Source of the DNA: Paraglomus brasilianum
Lineage: Eukaryota
DNA: 32,028 nucleotides
Assembly (NCBI GenBank): GCA_910592345.1
Contig: CAJVPI010000388.1
Location: forward strand, 1-32,028
Direction of reading: 5' to 3'
Under the pieces are notes generated by a model. The model was given only the letters and a program-made list of their open reading frames with translations, was not told the DNA's origin and ran no database searches. A program made the translations under genes and the position numbers. Positions 24,046 through 32,028 of this stretch are shown in pieces (the first letter of the stretch is position 1; every line of letters starts with the position of its first letter).

Positions 24046-24064
24046 TATATATATATATATATAT
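24046..24064. repeat. (TA)9 tract ~100 bp upstream of the HECT start codon
   Basis: Read directly. Confidence 0.9.
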
Positions 24065-24699
24065 CAAGATACGTAATTCAATTATCAAGGGCTTCAGTAT
24101 TCGTCATTATTTACACAAACGAGATTTAGATACAAGTCTAACCTAATATAGGTCATTGTGTTTGGTGAAAAAAAGTGTCAAAGGTTGCGCTAAACAATTT
24201 AGAATTTGAGATTGACCGATGTGAAAACGTCTCGGACTGGATTATTATGTCAATTTTCTGCTCTTTATGAAGAGCGAAGACTAACGCTAAACGATAAAGA
24301 CCATATATATTATCCAGGACTTGCGGAATATGGCAAGTAAATTGCTTCCAGTTTAGACTTGATCTCTGAAAGGGATAAGGCTTTTATAACATACATTTGG
24401 TTCATCTGTGCTAGTCTTTTTGGAATGTTTTTGAGCTTTAATAATATCATAGCTCATGAGGTTTATGACAATCCAGTAACTATAACAGTGCATACTCTCT
24501 GTATTATTACTAATTCCTGGGACATTTTGACGTAAATATCAATTTTGGTAATACAAATAATACAACAACTTTCCATTTCATTTTCAGTTTTGCCGTCGCG
24601 CAGTGTTATGGAGCCTCGATGAGACTAATGTACATATAATTTTACATATTTAATGTTCGAATGCCAAAGTCTGTGTGTTAAGCAAAAGTGACGAAGCTC

Positions 24700-25030
24700 T
24701 TTTACTCTAGAAGGGCTATCTAAAGGGAATGAGGAGAGGTTGTCAGTTTGCTAGTAATAGTAAATCGATTCAAACAGTCTGTCTCACACTTGGGAACTAA
24801 AACTCCAACGTGAGGTAAGCATCACATGGATTTTACAATATCATTGAAGATATTCTGAGACATTATTTATAATTACACTATGTTACTGCACTATCAGAGA
24901 AGACTGTTATTTGGACAGACTTGTGTGTTTCAATTAGAATTGTTTATGGATGTGCAAGCAAATTGTATAAACCATTTAATTTATAGCTTGCATGCTTGTT
25001 AATGTTGCAAAACTTTTGTAACACACTGTA
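24700..25030 (+). mobile_element. Heavily deleted Tc1/mariner relic with a surviving right terminus
   Basis: KTVIWTD at 24900-24920 matches the context of the first catalytic Asp of Tc1 transposases. The end ...caaaacttttgtaacacactg|TA is the reverse complement of TA|CAGTGTGTTACAAAAGTTTTG, a Tc1-like TIR with TA target. The left boundary is uncertain. Confidence 0.5.
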
Positions 25031-26002
25031 TTTCAGAACATTAAATATTTACAATAAGGAATCCATCACTATTACTATGAACACACTGAACACTATGAAC
25101 ATGCATGGACACTTAATCTAGCTTGCAGCAGATTCGTGTATGTGCTGCACTTTCTGCAATATTCTACACCCACTGGACAAAAGCATTGGCAATAAAGCCA
25201 TCAACAAAATGGTCGCACGCTGTTTTAGCTGATTGACACTAATTGTGGAAGGTTGTGGTGTGGGTGTTGGAGGTGTATGAAACGGGAAGGGGTGGGATTA
25301 TTTCCTTTATGTTATAAAAATTCTTCATAAAACGAAGTAAATTCACCGGTCACATAATATGGTTTCAGATATAAGTCTAGTACACCAAAGAATGTATCAC
25401 AAGCTAGCCTGTTCATTCCTAATCGATATAAAAAGTCTCTCCGCGAAGAAATGTCTTAACTCCTAAATCGCAAATTTTTATTGCGGTGTCGGCATGTTCA
25501 GTCACTTTACCATAACCTGTCTAATAAGAATTACTTTTAACACGGCTTTGCGCATCACCAGATACTATATAAATATACGGTAAATAAAGGTCATTATAGA
25601 TATGCTCGTTTGAACAGTATTAGTACACGATTTATTCTGAAATGTCGGATAATAGTCTTGTTACAATTATTATATTCTATTGGCAAATACAATATGTCTT
25701 TGCTTATTATCATTATATTTTTGTGATGAATTGTTTTTTACATTATATAATTATGACCGTGTTAAAAGTATATAGAAAATCGTTTGTTTTTTTTTTTTTT
25801 CAAATTGCCATTACTTTATATTATATTATATTATATTAGATGACTGTAAATAAAATTTATATCATTTTGACTGTGCAATTTTTAGGATATTACCATCGAC
25901 ACTTGGAGTGCCACTTCGTATTTATACTTTTTTGACAGAAGTTGTCAACAGTAAATTCTCTTTATACGTACTAACTTGTTAGACTCCTATAATAGAAAGA
26001 AA

Positions 26003-26923
26003 ATGCCACAAAGTTTAGAGTTCACCGATTTTGAGCGAGGAATGATTATAGGTTTGAGATAGCTGTTATTCTCAAATGTTCCAAGGGGCTGTTCAGGGTG
26101 GTATTGAACAATATAGAGAGGATGGACACGCCACGGTGCTGCCTCGCTCCGGTAGACCACAAAAACTTAGTGATAAAGACGAGCGACTATTGATAAGAGT
26201 AAAGAAGAAGATAGAAGCGTAACACTCGACCAGTTAACGGAAAATTTTAATAAAAATCTTCTATAAAGAACAGTACAGCGTACTCTACATTATTATGGCT
26301 TTTACAGTAGAGTCACAAAAGGAAACCATTAGTTAGCGAAAAGAATAAAAAGATCAGGTATTACGGTGGTGCAAGAACGTAAAAGATTGGAAGGGGGAAT
26401 GACAAGGTAATTTTCAGTGATGAGTCAAGGTATCTATTATTTAAAATCGATGCGCATAAGCTTGTCTGGAGACTACCTGATGAAAAATATTGGAAGACTG
26501 TTTGGCACACCGACCGAAAAACACTCTGGAGGGGTTATATTTCTGTAAGGATAGACTAGAGGACCAGTTGAAGGAAATATCAATGCCACCATGTATAGAC
26601 AAATCTTGGGAGAATATCTGTTGCCTTATCTACAAGAACTTGGCAATGAAAGTATATTTTTCAAGATGACAATGCCCCTTATTAATTCACTTGAGTGGCC
26701 CTCTCGTCCTGACCTTAATCCAATAGAGCATCTGTGGGATGAATTAGAAAGAAGGATTAGGCGAAATAAGTTTAGACCGGAAAAATAAGGCAAGAATTGT
26801 TTGCTGCAGTGAAAAGAGAGAGGGATCAAATTACAAGCGATGTAATCAATAAATTAGTCGACAGTGTGCCCCGAAGGAGTTAAAGCTGTATTGAAATCAA
26901 AGGGAGATGCTACTCCATATTAA
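26003..26923 (+). mobile_element. Tc1/mariner (DD34E-type) transposase pseudogene
   Basis: Recognisable motifs: MPQSLEFTDFERGMIIGL, PRSGRPQKLS, VIFSDES, FQDDNAP, LEWPSRPDLNPIEHLWDELERRI, LVDSVPRR, KSKGDATPY*. It carries multiple stops, frameshifts and deletions. A possible left TIR TA|CACCCACTGGACAAAAG lies at 25165-25183, but no matching right TIR is visible. Confidence 0.9.
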
Positions 26924-27112
26924 CTATGCTAAAAAGAGCGTGTTGAATGATTTAACTTACGCTAATGTTTATTATGTGCGTGGTTTGAGAAAATTAGCAT
27001 AATAGATAATAATAATCGCACATCACATCTCAGATGATATTTCACAAAGTCACCTGAATATTTGGCCACATACAGCAAACTCATCAACAGAGAGCCAAGT
27101 TATCATTTCGAA

Positions 27113-28763
27113 ATGACTAACTTAATTGATATAGTTGACCTGTCTTCAGGTCTTTCATCGGATTATGAAAAGCTTTATGAAAGCAGCAAATATACAGATG
27201 TTTCGATCAATGTTGGAAAAGAGCCAAACAATAAAATCTTTCTTGCTCATGCAGTAGTATTGTGCACGAGAAGCACATATTTTGAGAAGATGGTGGTTGA
27301 AAATACAGAAGAGTTTCAACGGACAGTTATGACTTTTGAAGATGTAACATCCGAAGTCTTTGAAATTTTACTTAGGTAAATGTTTATTAAGACGCTAAGT
27401 AATACAGTCCTTTCGAATGGTTCCTTACTCAACCGATTTACCATAAATTTACTATGTTTATAGATTTATTTACACAGGAAAAGTGACTTATGATTCAAGT
27501 GAGTTCATCAACTGGATTAGTCTTTTGGATGCCATTTGCAGATTCGAATTAGATAGCCTTTTTACCACAATTGGAGACTATTTGGTTAGTCACCAAAAGG
27601 AATGGATACAACACAACTTTTTTACAATCCGTGAATATGCCTCGTCCTCAAGTTCATTGAATAAGCTTTTGAATTACTGCAATGACATTATGATATCATC
27701 TCCAGAGATTCTCCTTAAATCTGATAATTTGGCAAGTCTACCAAAAGAGAATATGATTGCTCTACTCAAACATGATGAACTTAACATGGAAGAAATTGAT
27801 ATTTGGACATCAGTAATACAATGGGGTATTACTCAAGTTCCAGGTCTTGAAAATGAACCTCACAGCTGGTTGTCTGAAGATTTTACTAAAGTCAGAGCAA
27901 TTATATCTGACTGCATTCATCATATAAGGTTTTTCAATATTTCATCTGAAGATTTTCAGGAGAAAATTGTTCCATATGATGAGTTATTAACAAAAAATTT
28001 GCGGCATGATATAGTTTTTTATCATATCAATAAAAATTATGAACCAAAATCAATAGTTTTACCCCCAAGGAAAGGTCAAGCAATTTATGATAATAAGACT
28101 AATGAAGAGGACAAAATTCTTAATGTTAATGCTGATATTGACTCAGTTATCATTAATGAACAACAAGCAGCATGGATTGCACAAAAGATAATGGAAACAA
28201 TGAAGAGAAATCAAGAAAGTCAAAGAGTCTCTAGGAATGGGAAGAGCAGTTGTTGCTATAAGTTTACCCTACTTTATAGGCACAGTAGGGATGGTAATGC
28301 ACCCAAAAATTTTCGACAAATGTGTGCTGAGAAAGGCCCCACAGTAACTGTTGGAAAAGTATGGAATACAGAAGAAATGCTTGGTGGATACAATCCCATT
28401 TCTTGGAGCACTTTCAATTCACTCCCACCTTTTGATACTAATACTAATACTAAGTTAAATCTTCATATTAATTTGTATCAACTGGTTCATATTCAAACTT
28501 CAGAAAGCTTTATATTTTCATTAAATAAGGATAATTTGGATGAAAGCATAGCGAGTTTTATTGTTGATAGTAAGTATGCCATTGGTGAACAGAAATTTTC
28601 CTATCCTTGTTTTGGGGACAGTGATTTAGTTTTTGGAGCTACTGGTATTATTTTTTGTAAACCTTGTTCTACAAAAAGGTTCTATGAAATTGCAATAAGG
28701 TCTACCTCAGATAATTTTGGATGGGTGGACTGGGAAGTATTTTCAGTTACGAAAATGAATTAA
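27113..28763 (+). CDS. BTB/POZ-BACK-TLDc domain protein, ~520 aa; exons 27113-27375, 27464-28763
   Basis: BTB: YTDVSINVGKEPNNKIFLAHAVVLCTRSTYF...FEILLR|FIYTGKV. BACK: LLKHDELNMEEIDIWTSVIQWG, CIHHIRF. TLDc: FTLLYRHSRDG, KGPTVTV, GGYNPISW, ESFIFS, PCFGDSDL, DWEVFSV. The intron is GT 27376 / AG 27463. This family is highly expanded in AM fungi. Confidence 0.92.
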
Positions 28764-29368
28764 TTTGTTTAGTTAGTTACGATGATTTGCAACTATTGTA
28801 TTGCCTGTATTGAGAATTATTATGCACATCAATAAAGGTACAGTAACCATATTTTTTAAGGTAAAACAGACTAAATATGAACAATGGGTTTCCGATAAAC
28901 ATTTTATAAAAATTTTATTGTTGTATTAGTTGATTTAGCCTCACTCTAGTGGAAAAACGACGATCTCATCCATTATTACGAATGTCGACGTTGCAATCAA
29001 TTTGAAAATTTAATATGTAAATTTTAAGCGATGAAAAAATTGATGCACATACAAAATTTAAAAAATACACATACCTCTCTTTATATGGTAGCATTTGGGA
29101 ATATTACGTTCTTACCATCTGGGTTTATTAAGCATATGACCATGACCGATTTTAGTTAAATTGCACATAAGCCATTCCGTAGATATTTGAAATCCGCATA
29201 CGATAAACGCTAACGTCCTCCATACTAATACGCATCTATTCCTTCTTCATACAATACTTATTTTTATCCGCAATGCTGCGGACAATGTTAGACGTCCGCA
29301 GTTCTCCACATCAATTACTTGCATTGTACGCTATACCTTACCTGATAAAAACGCGCTAATACTAAATA

Positions 29369-29951
29369 ATTTAGTAACTTAGCAATGGTGCACGTTTGTG
29401 TGCACGATTTTTTCCTCATCAGACTTAACTCTCATCGTACCTGTCCGTGGCGCAAAATTGTACTTAACCTCAAATATGTCTATTCCCAGGAGAATTTTGC
29501 AATGTTACGACTTTATATTTACTTTAATTCAATAGTGTAAGAATTTACTTTCTTACATTCGTATACTATCACAAATCACTTACGATGTCGTTATTACGTA
29601 AATATTTTTCCTATTGCTAATAGTTATAGCGCCATACCTTTTCGTCGGAAAATTTCCTCGACTAATTCCATTTCAATGTCATTAATAAATTCTCTATCTT
29701 TTTTACCCTCATCTTTGTGATTTGTAAAATTATTTTCATATTGCATATTATTATTATTAAGAGTCTTCCTGATTTGCTGTACGCTAATGTTCTGCAAATT
29801 TTTATAAAATGATGCAGGGGCGTGCAACTTGGGTGGACATATTTGATGGAGATAAGTACGATTTTGCGCACAGACAGGTCGTCCAACGAGAGTTAAGGCT
29901 GATGAAAAAAAAAATTATGTAGGTGCCCGCAAACGTGCGTCATTACTAAAT
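29369..29951. mobile_element. ~580-bp element bounded by diverged ~110-bp inverted repeats (MITE/foldback-like)
   Basis: Left arm 29369-29480 (atttagtaa..gcacgtttgtgtgcac..tcatcagacttaactctc..acctgtccgtggcgcaaaattgtactta..tcaaatatgtc) matches the reverse complement of 29836-29951 (atttagtaa..gcacgtttgcgggcac..tcatcagccttaactctc..acctgtctgtgcgcaaaatcgtactta..tcaaatatgtc). Confidence 0.7.
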
Positions 29952-31229
29952 ACACGTAAATTAGCCTGCCACTTTAATTTTCAATTTTTTTCTAACAATG
30001 ACAAATAAACCACCATCTAGCCGGAAATAAATTTTCACTATCGATTCGATCTATTCTTTGAAACAACTTAAATTGTTTCTATTGTCGTTATAATGGCAAA
30101 TAAAATATACGCCATCTCACCGCAGAACATTCGCTTATTATTCGTAAATAATATCCATTCTGCCAATTAATTTTATTTTGCTTTCAAAACAATTGTTTTC
30201 ATTTTCTTTGTACGTTATACTTTGAAAATTACGCCATTAACCACAAACACCTTTTACTTATTTGTTTGCCAACATTTACCCAATGTTTTACAACAATAAA
30301 ATAATACACATGCACTGTACTATTGGATTACTTATCCGATATTGTCATATTGCAAGGCGTGGTTTATTAATTACTAAAACAATTGTTGTATGTCAGATTA
30401 GAGTTGGATAATCTATGAACGCAGCATATTTTATTAGCCATAATGTATCGAAATACTTAATTCCATCGTTCCTCACATATCGAAAGCTAATCATTTGTTT
30501 CAGCAAAAAAGAAATGAGTTTATTACAATCCGAACTTTTTGTTCGCTATTATTTTCTTTTAATATTGGAAATAATAAATAATACAGCTTGCTGATCGGAG
30601 AGTTATTTGATCTTTTTTTCTGGCAACCCCTCTGACAAATATGGAGTATAATCATCAGAGAATCAATTTACGATAACGATATTATGACAAGTTTATTAGA
30701 TTCCTTAAAAGAAGACATCCTAGAGGCAATGACCACTGAATAATGTTAATATTACATTATTAGGTACATGTTTCTTTATGTGCTATTGCGATTTACTTCA
30801 TGCAGTTAAATACTGAAACATAGGCTGGCATTTTCATAAACGGCTTATGAATTATTACAGCAGATAGAGCTCTTATACAAAATTATATCGTATAAGGTGT
30901 AAGAAATATGGTTATACCATATAATTTCGTTGCTAAATTGCATCGATGTTCTTTACACTATTTTCCCCGCATACATTTTTATTATGACAATCTAATTCAT
31001 ATGATAACTTGCTTGATGTTTTATCATCGTTAGTGTAAAGGCAAATGTCTTTCAACCATCGAAATATGTATTATGTCTGAATTTGACATTTAAAACTAAT
31101 GTCTAGTATCGAAGCATTCGTGGAGAATTTTAAAATAAATGGGGTCAAATGTCATAAGTTTTTAGCCCGCCTGTCATTGTGGACAAATATCATCTACAAT
31201 TTAATCAAATCAAAATAGTCTATATTTAC

Positions 31230-31510
31230 AGCTTAACCGTACTGCTAAAAGATTCTATCTAATAATTCAATGCAAATCATTGTACGATTAGGCTATATTG
31301 ACAGTCTAACCGTAATGCTAAAAAGTATCAAATGCAAACATCAAATACAAACACCAAAATACATTCTAACCATTATACTAAAACTTGTACCAATAATTTT
31401 AATGTAAAATTATCATACGATTAGATTCATACACATTGACAAAAAGCGACTACATTTACCATCTAACCAAAAGCTGCTAGAATTACTGTCGATATCCAAT
31501 GATTTCAAAT
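31230..31510. repeat. Degenerate tandem array, ~4 units of 60-100 bp
   Basis: (c/t)taacc(g/a)...ctaaaa-like motifs recur at ~31234, 31306, 31366 and 31463, and aataatt..aatg(c/t)aaa..tacgattag occurs twice. Confidence 0.55.
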
Positions 31511-31937
31511 AATAATCGTATACACAAAATCGCGTGCGATAATCATTAGTGAACGGAAATGAATTTCGGCTAGATATTGGTGCATGGAATCAGAGGCCAA
31601 CATATAAAGGAGATTTCCTGTCATCTACCAGTGCCCATCTCCACTTTTGTGGAGGTAATGCATAACTTATCACTTCTAGGAATGTGTCATTGGACTGACT
31701 TAATTAGTATTATTACAGGGGACGTAGGACGATTACAGTAATCGCAACAAAATTATGTGCTGCCCCATTGTCCCAACACCGAGTTCGTTATCTCACACAC
31801 ATGCTCTTCTGCAAACCCAAACCCTGAGTCGCCTCGGTTGCGGTTGGGACCCCTTTTACTAGCTCGCCCTCGAGGCGTACCATATGTTGGTTATTGGGCT
31901 CACTGAGCTGCCATCGGCGCTGTTAAATGGCACAATA

Positions 31938-32028
31938 TACAGTGGTGTGCAAAAAAAAATGACAATTGTTTAAATCTCTCTGGTTTTAACATGAGCAATC
32001 TAATTAAAGTGTATGATATATCATTTTA
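31938..32028 (+). mobile_element. Probable left terminus of a Tc1/mariner element running off the window
   Basis: TA|CAGTGGTGTGCAAAA matches the typical Tc1-like TIR start with a TA target site. The partner TIR is not in the window. Confidence 0.5.

Noticed and set aside
29276..29301. 8-bp GC-rich hairpin (ctgcggac...gtccgcag) as a Helitron 3' end
   Set aside because: There is no CTRR terminus at the expected distance on either strand.
1..32028. CRISPR arrays, rRNA or tRNA genes, prokaryotic defence systems
   Set aside because: None were seen, and the sequence is clearly intron-containing eukaryotic DNA.

Overview
Intron-rich fungal genomic DNA. It is most likely from an arbuscular-mycorrhizal or related early-diverging fungus (inferred from the BTB-BACK-TLDc gene and typical multicopy gene relics). 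I could build four protein-coding gene models with consistent GT-AG splicing. (1) A ~2434-aa spectrin-repeat-like rod with a C-terminal GAS2/GAR domain (7037-14655, +), made of a 7-kb exon, an 11-nt micro-exon and a last exon. (2) A 7-exon, ~395-aa gene not visible as a unit in the ORF track (16234-18285, +), whose N-terminal domain and C-terminal motif resemble the animal meiotic telomere-bouquet protein TERB2. (3) An 18-exon UBE3C/Hul5-type HECT E3 ligase (18931-23946, -). (4) A strongly CpG-depleted BTB-BACK-TLDc gene (27113-28763, +) next to a decayed Tc1/mariner transposase. The flanks contain pseudogenes, Tc1-like termini, a ~580-bp element bounded by inverted repeats, degenerate tandem repeats and microsatellites. 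The top lead is the TERB2-like gene, followed by the spectraplakin-like giant protein. Homology calls come from motif recognition and remembered reference sequences, not from database searches.
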